Shown: positions 1-9,403, counted from the stretch's first letter. The stretch: DNA of 64,000 nucleotides from Candidatus Methylomirabilia bacterium (GCA_046758965.1 JBHIBG010000008.1:14948-78947); one strand, 5' to 3'. Numbers and translations: made by a program. The notes: generated from the letters alone by a model not told the origin.

Positions 1-383
1 ATCGGGTCGAAGCGAAAATCAGGCAGGTTGGCGAGGAACGGCGTCCGCCCGCAGTCGATGGCGTCACATCGAGCCTTGAGCGTTGGACAGTCCCGACGGT
101 GGCAGAGCCGTCCCAGGTAGACGGGGCCCGATCCAAAGACGAAGACCTCCCAGGCGTGGGTGGTCGAGCTGATCTGACGAGCCGCCTTCGCCAGCGCGAC
201 AAGGTCCTCAAGGTCTTGAAGGGCCAGCGCCAAGTCCAGGTCTCCAGGCCACGGATCGCCGGCGGCGAGGGAGCCCGTCAGCGCAACCTCACGCACCGAG
301 GAAAACTGTCGTATCTTGTTGGCGAAGGTCTCCGCGGCCTCGGTGAAGAGATCCGCCCTTCCGTGTTCCACCTCTCTCCTCAT
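1..383 (-). CDS. Pol-beta-superfamily nucleotidyltransferase-domain protein with Cys-rich C-terminal part (partial, runs off window)
   Basis: Not in the ORF track. Manual translation from ATG at 383: MRREVEHGRADLFTEAAETFANKIRQFSSVREVALTGSLAAGDPWPGDLDLALAL...CHRRDC...C...C; GS-x9-DxD motif; open to the window edge. Confidence 0.7.
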   Translation of the reverse strand, partial: MRREVEHGRADLFTEAAETFANKIRQFSSVREVALTGSLAAGDPWPGDLDLALALQDLEDLVALAKAARQISSTTHAWEVFVFGSGPVYLGRLCHRRDCPTLKARCDAIDCGRTPFLANLPDFRFDP

Positions 384-463
384 CGCGACCGCATACGAGA
401 TCAGATTGGCAAGCTAACCAGCCGTATCGTCGCGGAAGAGGGCTTGGCCCTGATGAGCAACCC

Positions 464-1372
464 CTATTCCTCTGTGAAATAGTCTGTGTCTATCTTCTTC
501 AGCTCGTAGGTTGCGATCGTCGAGACGCCCAAATTGTGATCAATCATCAGCTCGGCCAGTTTCTGGCCATCTATAAGTACGACCTTGCTCTCGATGCTCG
601 CGGCATAATCAACGGCATCCTTGCTGAACGACGACGTAGTGATGAAGATCCCCTTTCTAGCCCGTTGTCCCTGCAGGGCCCCAACAAACTTTTGGATTTC
701 CGGCCTTCCTACGGTGTTGGTCCAACGCTTTGCCTGAATGTAGATGATATCTAGACCGAGCTTGTCCTCTTTGATGATTCCATCGATCCCCTCGTCTCCG
801 GTTCGGCCGATGGCCTGGCCCGCGTCTAAGCGAGAACCGCCGTACCCTATTTTGACCAGTAGCTCGACCACAAGCTTTTCGAAGAACGTCGCTGGCCAAG
901 TCATGATCTGTTTTAGAAGTTCGCGCGATAGCTCTTCCCTCGTACGCTGGTACGCAAACTCTAGCTGCTCTTCCGGCGTTTCCGCCACTTGGCCCCCAAT
1001 TGAGGCTAGCTGGCCTTCCTTTTCTTCCTTCCTGGACTGGAACTCCAGGAACTCGGGAAACTGGCTCAGGAATTTATCGTCAATTCGGGCAGGATTCTGT
1101 GCAAGGACCTGGAGGCCTCTTTCTGTGATCCGGAAGAAACCGCGGCGTGTGCTTTCCAGGAGGCCCGCCTTTTTCATATATGTCCGTGCCCACCCTACGC
1201 GATTGTCAAACGTCGGCTGCCGCCCACTCGGCAGTAAATGTTTTCGGTTCTCCTCGGCCAGACCGAATTCGTTGGCCAGGTGGTCTATGGCGTTCCGAAG
1301 TGAGGCCTCCTGCGTGTCGGCGGCATATCGCAGAAGTGGAAGCATGATCGTTTGGTAGTCAGGTACTGCCAT
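464..1372 (-). CDS. mrr: Mrr-family (type IV) restriction endonuclease
   Basis: Mrr N-terminal signature (PDYQTIMLPLL...LPSGRQ...NRVGWARTYMKKAGLL) and catalytic DEGIDG...IYIQAKRW; ATG 1372 preceded by GGAG. Confidence 0.93.
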   Translation of the reverse strand: MAVPDYQTIMLPLLRYAADTQEASLRNAIDHLANEFGLAEENRKHLLPSGRQPTFDNRVGWARTYMKKAGLLESTRRGFFRITERGLQVLAQNPARIDDKFLSQFPEFLEFQSRKEEKEGQLASIGGQVAETPEEQLEFAYQRTREELSRELLKQIMTWPATFFEKLVVELLVKIGYGGSRLDAGQAIGRTGDEGIDGIIKEDKLGLDIIYIQAKRWTNTVGRPEIQKFVGALQGQRARKGIFITTSSFSKDAVDYAASIESKVVLIDGQKLAELMIDHNLGVSTIATYELKKIDTDYFTEE

Positions 1373-1508
1373 CGCTCCAGACCCTACAGACCGTGCTTTC
1401 ATTGACGGTTACGCGAACAGGTCGTATGCGAACTGAGGTGCGCAGCAGCCAGACTTGGTCGGGCGTATCGGAACTCGATTTCATGTTTTGAGGGGCGAGT
1501 ATGCAGGC

Positions 1509-1763
1509 CTACGTGGCAGCCGTCCTGACTGGTCGGGGCTCTGGAATGGAGTCACCCCGGTCCAGCAGCACCCCAATAAGGCTCCGCCGAGCCTCCTTGA
1601 GCTCCGCCAGCGCCTCCTCTGGGAAAGCGCCGGTGCCGAGCGGACCAGACACCGCGCCAAATTCCGGATGCCGCGCTACATAGTAGATCGAGCCGTCCGC
1701 TCGGACGTCCCGTTCGATTTGAACCTCCCACGGAAGAGAGTCGTAGTAGTTGACGTCCTTCAT
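1509..1763 (-). CDS. HicB-family antitoxin
   Basis: 84 aa; YVARHPEF...GTGAFPEEALAELKEA...GDSIPEP fits the HicB partial RNase H fold; ATGA overlap with upstream HicA-like frame. Confidence 0.75.
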   Translation of the reverse strand: MKDVNYYDSLPWEVQIERDVRADGSIYYVARHPEFGAVSGPLGTGAFPEEALAELKEARRSLIGVLLDRGDSIPEPRPVRTAAT

Positions 1764-2008
1764 GCCTCATGCCCTCCTTGCGAAATCATGTTCCTTCGCC
1801 GCAGCAGCTCATCGATAAGTCGTACGGCTGTTCGAGCATACGCTGGGTCGAGCTCGTCATGCCTGGGAACTGTCGTATTCAAATCTGGATGATCGGGATG
1901 CCGAACTACGATATGTCGCGCTCCTTCGATTACTTCGAAGCCATAGGCACGATAGAGGCGCCGAAAATCGTCTTGGCCCCACCCGAAGCGCGTTTGTAGG
2001 CCGAAGCC
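1760..2008 (-). pseudogene. HicA-like mRNA interferase frame lacking a usable start codon
   Basis: Manual translation ...QTRFGWGQDDFRRLYRAYGFEVIEGARHIVVRHPDHPDLNTTVPRHDELDPAYARTAVRLIDELL...GGHEA*; its TGA overlaps the HicB ATG; upstream in-frame TGA at 2009-2011. Confidence 0.65.
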
Positions 2009-2124
2009 TCAATCTCAATCTGGCCAGTTTCGGGTAACGCGCGACATCGGCTCGGAGGTGGCGGGTTGGCGAAGTGCCGAAGGCATCTTGGCGGAGACCG
2101 AAGGCCGGAGGCGCGAACACGTTG

Positions 2125-2541
2125 TTAGGCATGGTCCCGCCGTGGCGCTTGGTGACCGCTGGCCCGCACATGCCGCCGGACCCACTCAACCATGGCGTCC
2201 CGCCCAACGCTCCCGTCCGCAAGTTGGAGCATCAGGCGTTCCTGGGTTTCCGTAGACGCGTCGAGCTCGTAGCCATTGAGCACGAGAAAGACTTCCATCG
2301 CCGCATGGCCAACGCGCTTATTGCCGTCGACAAAGGGGTGGTTACGGATCAGGAAAAAACAAAGGGCAGCAACCTTGGCAGGCAGATCTGGGTAGAGTTC
2401 CTCGCCACCAAAGCTCATGCGCGGTTGAGCAATGGCGGACTCCAGCGCCCCGGTGTCGCGCAGGCCGCTGGCACCACCCCAACGCTCTAGGACACGACGA
2501 TGCAGCTCGAGCACCTCGGCGACGCTGAGATACCGGGTCAC
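2125..2541 (-). CDS. doc: Doc/Fic-family toxin (death-on-curing)
   Basis: HPFVDGNKRVG Fic/Doc motif; GLRDTGALESAIAQP. Confidence 0.9.
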   Translation of the reverse strand: MTRYLSVAEVLELHRRVLERWGGASGLRDTGALESAIAQPRMSFGGEELYPDLPAKVAALCFFLIRNHPFVDGNKRVGHAAMEVFLVLNGYELDASTETQERLMLQLADGSVGRDAMVEWVRRHVRASGHQAPRRDHA

Positions 2542-2735
2542 GCCAAGCGGCGATACAGTTCAGCGTTCTTCTCCAAGACGCGCTGAGCGGCTGCGTGGAA
2601 CGCCTCATCGGGCTGGCTGATGAGATCCCTGACACCGAGCCGTACCAGCTGCGCCACCGTGAGGCCAACTTGCCCGCCCAGTTCCTCGAGTCGCCGCACC
2701 TCTTCATCCGAAAGATTCACCGTGACATCCGGCAT
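2538..2735 (-). CDS. Small ribbon-helix-helix-like antitoxin of the Doc toxin
   Basis: 65 aa from ATG 2735 after AGGAGG; ends VLEKNAELYRRLA; GTGA overlap with doc. Confidence 0.8.
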   Translation of the reverse strand: MPDVTVNLSDEEVRRLEELGGQVGLTVAQLVRLGVRDLISQPDEAFHAAAQRVLEKNAELYRRLA

Positions 2736-2993
2736 GATCAGCCCCCTCCTTATAGGCTCTACTTCAAATAGGCTATCACCTTTCCGGGAATGGTGCATAA
2801 CGCCTCTAGCACTGTTCCAAGTTAATGGACGAATGACTCCCGAACGCCTTCCGCCGAATATGATGTCTCGACCATGCGCAACAGATAGCTCGAAATAGTT
2901 GGGACGGCACTGATTAGGAGAAAGCGGCTCCGGAACGGATCCTGCTGCGAGATATCACGCGCCGCCTCACGGCGTTGAGAAGGCTCCGTGAGG

Positions 2994-3530
2994 TTAGAGC
3001 ACCCAGAGCAGCGGACGGGCGCTCAGGCTTTCCGGCTTCCAGAAGCCCGTTTCCTGGAGCCACCTCCGCGCCTCATCAGGATCGGCGGTCCGGAAGAGGC
3101 CAAGCGTCTGCCCGCCCTCGAAGAAGCCTCCGAAGGCGAGACGTCCCGCTCCCCGGAGCTCGATCAGCGCGAAGGTTGCCATCTCCGGCTCGGCGGCGAC
3201 GCCTTCCGCCAGGGTGGCGGTACGGGAGCCGTCGGTGACCACCGGCGGTGAACCCCAAGGCTCCACGACCTGGCCGAAGCTTCGAAGGCGGTAGCCGGTC
3301 CAGACACCGTGGGCGTAGTACGGATCCTCCTCGAGGAGGGGCGTGATCTGATCGGGCTGACGCACCCGGTAGAAGAGCTCTGCCGTCTGCCCATCCGGCG
3401 CCGGTCCACCGCCTATCACGAGCCCACGGGCCCTGAGCTCCAGAAGCCGCTCCAGGTGAGCCTGGCGGTGCGGGGCGCGGCGCTGCTGGTAGTCGGGGGC
3501 CGCGCTGATCATGGCGTGGTAGACGGTCAT
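2994..3530 (-). CDS. YciI/YCII-related protein, apparently two tandem domains
   Basis: RRAPHRQAHLERL...GG...LLEEDPYY motif followed by a second degenerate repeat. Confidence 0.7.
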   Translation of the reverse strand: MTVYHAMISAAPDYQQRRAPHRQAHLERLLELRARGLVIGGGPAPDGQTAELFYRVRQPDQITPLLEEDPYYAHGVWTGYRLRSFGQVVEPWGSPPVVTDGSRTATLAEGVAAEPEMATFALIELRGAGRLAFGGFFEGGQTLGLFRTADPDEARRWLQETGFWKPESLSARPLLWVL

Positions 3531-3644
3531 GGGGATGGATTATAGCAGGGTGCAAGGCGGGCGGCGTTCTCGGCGCCAAGGAGGCGTGGTACCCTAGGAG
3601 AGACACGGAGGGTTCCGATACTCACTGACATCCTGCCTCGGGAG

Positions 3645-6275
3645 TTGGAGGCGGCCTACCGAGCCGGCCGCCTCAACGCGGAGCACCTCGACCTTTACCG
3701 GAGCTTCGCCGCTCGCTATCCCTTTCCCCTGGACCAGTTCCAGGTCACTGCGGTGCGCGCCATCCTGGAAGCGGACTCGGTGATCGTGTCAGCGCCCACG
3801 GGAGCTGGCAAGACCCTGATCGCCGAGTTCGCCATCTTCCAGGCGCTGGCCCGTCGGCAGCGGATCGCCTACACCACGCCGCTCAAGGCGCTCTCAAACC
3901 AGAAGTACGCTGACTTCTGCCGCCAGTTCGGCGCGGCGGAGGTGGGGATTCTGACGGGCGATGTCAAGGTGAACCCGCGGGCTCCTGTTCTCGTGATGAC
4001 CACCGAGATCCTCCGGAACATGTTCTACACGGGTGGCGTCGAGGGCTTGGGATACGTCGTGCTGGACGAGTGCCACTACATCGGGAACGAGGGGCGCGGG
4101 ACGGTCTGGGAAGAGATCATCGTCAGCGCCCCCAAGGAGGTGGCGCTCGTCGCGCTGTCGGCCACCGTCGCCAACATCGGCGAGATCGCGGAGTGGATCT
4201 CTCTGGTCCACCGGCCCATCGTTGTTGTCACCAACCTCGACCGGCCGGTGCCGCTCAGCTACCTGGTCGCCGACCTCTCCGGAGAGCTCCATGCGATGGA
4301 GGCGGTGCGGCAGGGGACGGTGAGGCTCGATGGGGAGGGAGGCGCCATTCGGCGGCAAGGCCGGGCCCGAGGCCGCTGGCACGCGCGGCCGGTGGCGGAC
4401 CCCACTGAAGTGATCGCCGGCCTGGAGGAACGAGGCTGGCTTCCCGCCCTCTACTTCATCTTCAGCCGCGCGGGGTGCGAGCGGGCCTTGGATGAGTACC
4501 TGGCCGAGGGGAAGCCGTTGCTTGCCCGCCCGCAGCGGAAGGAAGTCGACGCCACCATTCGCGAGGCGATTCAGGAGAGCCCGGGGATGGTCGAGTCCTC
4601 CCTGAACCAGACGATCTTCCAGGCTCTCGGGATGGGAGTGGGGCTCCACCACGCGGGCGTCCTCCCGAGCGTGAAGCGGCTGGTGGAGCGTCTCTTCGAA
4701 CGCGGCCTCTGCCGCGTGGTCTTTGCCACGGAGACCATGAGTCTCGGCATTCACATGCCCGCCAAGACCGTCGTCCTCCAGGGCCTGAGCAAGCGCACGG
4801 ACCGGGGCTTCCGGCGCCTCACCCATAACGAGCTGACCCAGATGGCCGGCCGCGCGGGGCGTCGGGGGATTGACACGGAAGGGAAGTGCATCGTCGCCCT
4901 GGACCGCCGGGATAGCCTCGAGGAGGCGCTCTGGACGGTCGACGGACCTTCCGAGCCGGTCGAGAGCCAGTTCCGCCTGGGCTACGGCTCGGTGACGCTC
5001 CTGCTCGCGACGACAAGCGACCCGGCGACGATCCGCCGCGTGGTGGAATCCTCCTTCGGCCAGCATCAGAATCTCAAGCGGATCCGCGAACTCGAGTCGG
5101 AGACGAGCCAGACCGAGGCGGCCCTGGCCGCGGTGCGCGCCTATGAGGCCCCGTGCGGTGACTTCTCCCGGATCGGGCGCTACCGCCAGCTCCGCCAGGA
5201 GGTGGAGGCCCGACGGCGGCTTCAGGGTGGGGGCACCAGACGGCGCCAGGTCGCGCTCGCCCAGGCTGAGCCGGGGCGGCTGGTCCTGGTCCGCCGACGC
5301 GGCGGTGGGGGCCTGGCGGCCATCGTTTCCATCCACTCGAGAAGGGGTCACCGCGTCCTGGCGGACGCGCTCCTCCCCCACGGCTCGCTGGTCCGGATCA
5401 AGCCGGCGAACGTGAAGAAGATCTTCTGGGCCACTTCGCCTCTCGCGCTCCCCCGGGACTGGCGCCAGCGCCAGAGCGGGATCCTGGCGGAGCTGAGGAA
5501 GCTGTCTCTCTCCGACCTCCTCCAGCGGGAGGAAGGCCACGGGCCTGAGGCGAAGCTCGCCGCCATCGAGTGCCACCGCTGCCCGTGGGGGGCCCAGTCC
5601 CGGTGCGATCAGGCCTGGAAGGAGATCGAAAAGCTCGACACCAGGCTCGGCCAGCGGACCGAGATCCTCGAGGCGTTGAGGAACGCCTACTGGCAGGAGT
5701 TCTGTCGCGTCGTGGAGGTGCTCGAGCGCTTTGACGCGGTGAAGGCCGGGGCTCTCCTGGCCAAGGGGCGGCTCATCGCCTCCCTGCGCCACGACAACGA
5801 GCTCCTCGTGGCCGAAACGGTCCGGCGGGGGCTTCTCGCCGGCGCCAGCTTGGCCGAAGCCGCGGCCCTCTGCTCCTGCCTGATCGAGGAGGCGCGCTCC
5901 GGCGACGGCGCCGTTGTCCGGCGCTTCCTGAAACAGCGCTCCCGGCTCCGGAAGACGCTCCGCCAGCTCGAGACGGTTGGCGAGATTGTCCTGGAGGCCC
6001 AGCGCCAGCATCACCTGGGGCTTCCGTGCTCAGTTCAGCCCGGCTTCATGCCGGCGGTCTACCGCTGGGCGTCGGGGGACGACGACTGGGCCGGGATCGT
6101 CGAAAACGACTTCGGTGGCCACGAGGGCGACCTGATCCGGGCCATGCGCCGGCTGATCGACCTGCTCCGCCAGCTTGCAGAGGCCCCTGAGGTGCTATCG
6201 CCACTCGGGACGCTTCTCGGCCAGGCCGCCCGGGCCATTGACCGCGGGGTCGTCCTCGAGTCCGCCCTGATCTAA
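3645..6275 (+). CDS. Ski2/HelY-like superfamily II RNA helicase
   Basis: APTGAGKT, PLKALSNQK, DECH, LSAT, QMAGRAGRRG motifs and DSHCT-like EGDLIRAMRRLIDLL C-terminus. Confidence 0.92.
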   Translation: MEAAYRAGRLNAEHLDLYRSFAARYPFPLDQFQVTAVRAILEADSVIVSAPTGAGKTLIAEFAIFQALARRQRIAYTTPLKALSNQKYADFCRQFGAAEVGILTGDVKVNPRAPVLVMTTEILRNMFYTGGVEGLGYVVLDECHYIGNEGRGTVWEEIIVSAPKEVALVALSATVANIGEIAEWISLVHRPIVVVTNLDRPVPLSYLVADLSGELHAMEAVRQGTVRLDGEGGAIRRQGRARGRWHARPVADPTEVIAGLEERGWLPALYFIFSRAGCERALDEYLAEGKPLLARPQRKEVDATIREAIQESPGMVESSLNQTIFQALGMGVGLHHAGVLPSVKRLVERLFERGLCRVVFATETMSLGIHMPAKTVVLQGLSKRTDRGFRRLTHNELTQMAGRAGRRGIDTEGKCIVALDRRDSLEEALWTVDGPSEPVESQFRLGYGSVTLLLATTSDPATIRRVVESSFGQHQNLKRIRELESETSQTEAALAAVRAYEAPCGDFSRIGRYRQLRQEVEARRRLQGGGTRRRQVALAQAEPGRLVLVRRRGGGGLAAIVSIHSRRGHRVLADALLPHGSLVRIKPANVKKIFWATSPLALPRDWRQRQSGILAELRKLSLSDLLQREEGHGPEAKLAAIECHRCPWGAQSRCDQAWKEIEKLDTRLGQRTEILEALRNAYWQEFCRVVEVLERFDAVKAGALLAKGRLIASLRHDNELLVAETVRRGLLAGASLAEAAALCSCLIEEARSGDGAVVRRFLKQRSRLRKTLRQLETVGEIVLEAQRQHHLGLPCSVQPGFMPAVYRWASGDDDWAGIVENDFGGHEGDLIRAMRRLIDLLRQLAEAPEVLSPLGTLLGQAARAIDRGVVLESALI

Positions 6276-6382
6276 CTCCGCGCGACCAGCCAGGTGGTAG
6301 ACTGGCTCTCCGTTGAGGGGTGGTCCTCGCGGCGAGCGCGATCTGAGAGAATGGATGGGGAAATGCACGGGAGGAGAAGGCC

Positions 6383-6634
6383 ATGCCTGAGGAGAAGGTG
6401 ATCGCTAGCTGGCGGTATCAGAAAGGGGTGCTGGATCCCAAGAGCGCCTCCCTCTGCTACCTCGCGGCGAACCTCGCTGCGGGAAACACCAACTGAGCGA
6501 AGCGCGACCTGGCAGGTGCCAGGGCCGCCGGCGCCTCCGAGGAGGAGATCCGGGAAGCCATCAGCTTCGCCATCCGGGCCAATGCCGCAAAGGCGCACAA
6601 CGACATCCTGAAGGTCTGGGATGGCGAGCGATAG
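6383..6634 (+). CDS. CMD/AhpD-like selenoprotein (83 aa, Sec38)
   Basis: Missed by the ORF track. GGAGGAG RBS; MPEEKVIASWRYQKGVLDPKSASLCYLAANLAAGNTN-U-AKRDLAGARAAGASEEEIREAISFAIRANAAKAHNDILKVWDGER*; in-frame TGA 6494-6496 with SECIS-like hairpin. Confidence 0.82.
6497..6523 (+). promoter_or_regulatory. SECIS-like element (CMD selenoprotein)
   Basis: 11 nt after the TGA: CCTGGC-AGGT-GCCAGG. Confidence 0.75.
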
Positions 6635-6643
6635 GGGGGATGC

Positions 6644-6961
6644 ATGGCAGAGATCAACCTCACCGCAGCATTTTCCACCGTCCCGGCGGCAGAGGGTGAA
6701 GCGCTCAAGCAGATGCTGGTAGACACCATCGAGCAGTTGGCCCAGGAGGAGCGCAAGTTCAGCAGAGCCAAGGTCGTCTTCACCGAATCGGACGAGCGGT
6801 GCGGGCTCACCGCGGAGCTTGACGGCGTCAAGAAGGAGGGGATCCCTCTCCAGCTCGACCTGGACCTCATGGAAGATGCCAAGACCAACTCTGGGGCCCG
6901 TGCCCAGCTCAAAGAAGAGATCCGGCTCTACTTCCGGCGAGTCCAGGGCGAGGCTCAGTGA
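6644..6961 (+). CDS. Hypothetical protein (105 aa, acidic)
   Basis: Native codon usage; tightly coupled between the CMD gene and the methyltransferase (GTGA overlap). Confidence 0.7.
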   Translation: MAEINLTAAFSTVPAAEGEALKQMLVDTIEQLAQEERKFSRAKVVFTESDERCGLTAELDGVKKEGIPLQLDLDLMEDAKTNSGARAQLKEEIRLYFRRVQGEAQ

Positions 6962-7674
6962 GAACCATGACGGGAGAGGACGGGCTCCTGCTCTACGTCT
7001 ACCGGGGCCTCCTGTTCAAGGTGGCCGAGGGGGTGCAGGTGCCCAAGGCTGGCTCGCTCCACTTCTGTCGCCACCTGGAATTCCATCCCGGGGAGGGCGT
7101 GCTGGAGTTGGGAACCGGCGTGGGCGTCGCCGCGGTCCTTGCCGCCAAGGCCGGGTGTCAGGTGGTCGCCACCGATATCGTTCCCCAGGCCGTTCGGTGC
7201 GCCCGGGAAAACGCGCTGCTGAACGGGGTCGGCGAGCGCGTGGAAGTCCTGCTCGGCGACTGCTATGACGCGGTGAGGGGGAAGAGCTTCGACCTCATCT
7301 GCAGCAATCCGCCCCAGATGCCAACCCCTGCCGGGCGGGATCGGGATGACTCCGTCGCCGCCGCGGACAATGGTGGAGTGGATGGCTGGGAGGTCCTGGA
7401 CCGGGTCATTCAGGGCGCCCGGGCCCATCTGAACCCCGGCGGGCGGCTCGTCTTCACGATCTTCGCGTTCCTGGGACAGAAGGCGGCCTGCTCGAAGCTC
7501 GAGGCCGTAGGACTCAAGCCGAGCATTATCGCCGGCGAGGTGCAGGTCTTCCCGCGCATCGGCTACGAGCGGCTGGACCACATCCGGAGCCTGGACCGGG
7601 AGGGTGTGCTCCCGAAGACCGGCCTCCCCAAGACGGTCGAGCGCCTCGTGATCCAGGGCGACAACGCGTCGTGA
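6958..7674 (+). CDS. HemK/PrmC-like class I SAM-dependent methyltransferase
   Basis: VLELGTGVG motif I; FDLICSNPPQ; DNGGVDG. Confidence 0.85.
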   Translation: MRTMTGEDGLLLYVYRGLLFKVAEGVQVPKAGSLHFCRHLEFHPGEGVLELGTGVGVAAVLAAKAGCQVVATDIVPQAVRCARENALLNGVGERVEVLLGDCYDAVRGKSFDLICSNPPQMPTPAGRDRDDSVAAADNGGVDGWEVLDRVIQGARAHLNPGGRLVFTIFAFLGQKAACSKLEAVGLKPSIIAGEVQVFPRIGYERLDHIRSLDREGVLPKTGLPKTVERLVIQGDNAS

Positions 7675-8423
7675 AGCTCCTGATCGTCAACGCCGACGAC
7701 TTCGGATTGACGGACGGAGTGAGTCGGGGGATTCTGGAGGCACATCGGAGGGGCGTCGTCACCAGCACCTCGCTGCTCGTGAATCGGCCTCTGGATGTGG
7801 TGCTCCTGGCCCAGCTCAAGGCGTCCCGGCTCGGCGTGGGCCTTCATGTCAACCTCACTCTTGGTGCGCCGCTGTCGCGCCCGTCCACGGTGCCCTCGCT
7901 GGTGGGCTCCGAAGGGAAGTTCATCCGCGACGCCGGGCAGGTCGCGGCGCGGTCCAGACCGGACGAGATCGAAACCGAGCTCAGGGCTCAGCTGACCGCC
8001 TTCATGACCCTCATGGGGCGTCTGCCCACCCACCTCGACAGCCACCACCACGTGGGCCGGCACTCCCCGATCCGGGAGATCGTCCTCGGGGTGGGCAAGG
8101 AGCTCCGGGTTCCGATGCGAAGCCAGGATGAGGAAGTCCGACGCGCGGTGCGGGCGGCGGGGCTCAGGACGCCGGACCATTTCTTCGGGGAGTCCGGTCC
8201 CGACCCCTACTGGGCCACGGAGCGGACGCTCGCTCACCTCGCGGCGCTGCCCGACGGAGTCTCCGAGTTCATGACTCATCCCGGGTTCTATGATCAGGAC
8301 CTCGCGTACAGCCGCTACGGCAAACAGCGCGAGGTGGAGCTCCAAGGGCTCACGGATCCCGCGGTCCGTCAGGCTGTCGAGCGCCACGGGGTCCGGCTCT
8401 GCCACTTCGGGGAGCTCGGGTGA
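7671..8423 (+). CDS. YdjC/ChbG-family carbohydrate deacetylase
   Basis: LIVNADDFG, GLHVNL, THLDSHHH, EFMTHPG. Confidence 0.9.
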   Translation: MKLLIVNADDFGLTDGVSRGILEAHRRGVVTSTSLLVNRPLDVVLLAQLKASRLGVGLHVNLTLGAPLSRPSTVPSLVGSEGKFIRDAGQVAARSRPDEIETELRAQLTAFMTLMGRLPTHLDSHHHVGRHSPIREIVLGVGKELRVPMRSQDEEVRRAVRAAGLRTPDHFFGESGPDPYWATERTLAHLAALPDGVSEFMTHPGFYDQDLAYSRYGKQREVELQGLTDPAVRQAVERHGVRLCHFGELG

Positions 8424-9403
8424 GCCGCGAGGCGATCGTCAGCGTAGATGTCGGCGGCACCCTGATTGCCGGCGGTCTCGTGAGCCCTGAGGGGACGGTC
8501 TTGACCGAGGCCCAGGCCGGGACGCATGAGCGCGGGCCCGGGACTGCCCTGGTCACCCTCGAAGCGCTCCTGGATTCGCTGCTCTCGGCGGCGCCGCGGG
8601 AGGGCCTTCGCTTGCAGGGGATGGGCGTGGGGGTGCCCGGGGCCGTGGACGCCGACGAGGGGGTCGTGGGCGAGGATATCCAGAATGTCCCCGAACTGGC
8701 CTACGTGGCCCTCGCCGAGAGGCTCGAGGAACGCTTTGGCCTTGCCGCCTTCGTTGACAATGACGTGAACGCCCAGGCACTCGGCGAGTGGCGGTTCGGA
8801 GCCGCGCGCGAAAGTAGGTCGCTGGTGCTCCTCTCCGTCGGCACCGGGGTCGGCGGAGGAATCGTCCTGGATGGCAGACTGGTGCGGGGTGCGGCGGGCT
8901 ACGGCGGCGAACTGGGCCACATTCCCGTGAAGTTCGACGGCCGTCCGTGCTTCTGCGGGGGGCAGGGCTGTCTCAAGGCCTACGTGGCCGGCCCGGACAT
9001 CGCCGTCAACGCTCAGGAACGGCTGAAAAACGTGGCGGACTCTCGGTTGCTCGGGCTGGCCGGCGGCGACGCCCAAGCGGTCACGGCGGCCCATGTCTTC
9101 AGGGCCGCCGAGGCCGGGGATGCGCTGGCAGTCGCTCTGGTCGAGGAGGTCTGCCAGGCGCTGGGCGCGGGGCTCGGCGCCATCATCAACGGCCTCAACC
9201 CTGAGGTGCTGCTGGTCACGGGTGGGGTGGCGGAATCGCTCAAGCCCCTGGAGACCACGATTCGCCACTGGACGGAGCACTACACCTTTGCTCGCGCCCT
9301 CGGAGCCACCCGGCTCGAGGTGCTCTCCCTGGACAAGCGCGTGGCGCTCCGGGGAGGTGTTGCGCTCTTTCTGTACGAGATTGAGCGCCGGGCCAGAGCA
9401 TGA
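8420..9403 (+). CDS. ROK-family sugar kinase
   Basis: DVGGT, DNDVN, GTGVGGG, GELGH, CFCGGQGC. Confidence 0.9.
   Translation: MSREAIVSVDVGGTLIAGGLVSPEGTVLTEAQAGTHERGPGTALVTLEALLDSLLSAAPREGLRLQGMGVGVPGAVDADEGVVGEDIQNVPELAYVALAERLEERFGLAAFVDNDVNAQALGEWRFGAARESRSLVLLSVGTGVGGGIVLDGRLVRGAAGYGGELGHIPVKFDGRPCFCGGQGCLKAYVAGPDIAVNAQERLKNVADSRLLGLAGGDAQAVTAAHVFRAAEAGDALAVALVEEVCQALGAGLGAIINGLNPEVLLVTGGVAESLKPLETTIRHWTEHYTFARALGATRLEVLSLDKRVALRGGVALFLYEIERRARA

Noticed and set aside
99..482. 127-aa plus-strand ORF
   Set aside because: No recognisable motifs; it lies antisense to the nucleotidyltransferase frame (1-383), which has a clear motif.
2009..2017. Sec read-through of the two TGAs upstream of the HicA-like frame
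   Set aside because: No Cys-equivalent role in HicA and no SECIS-like stem at the spacing seen elsewhere; decay is more plausible.
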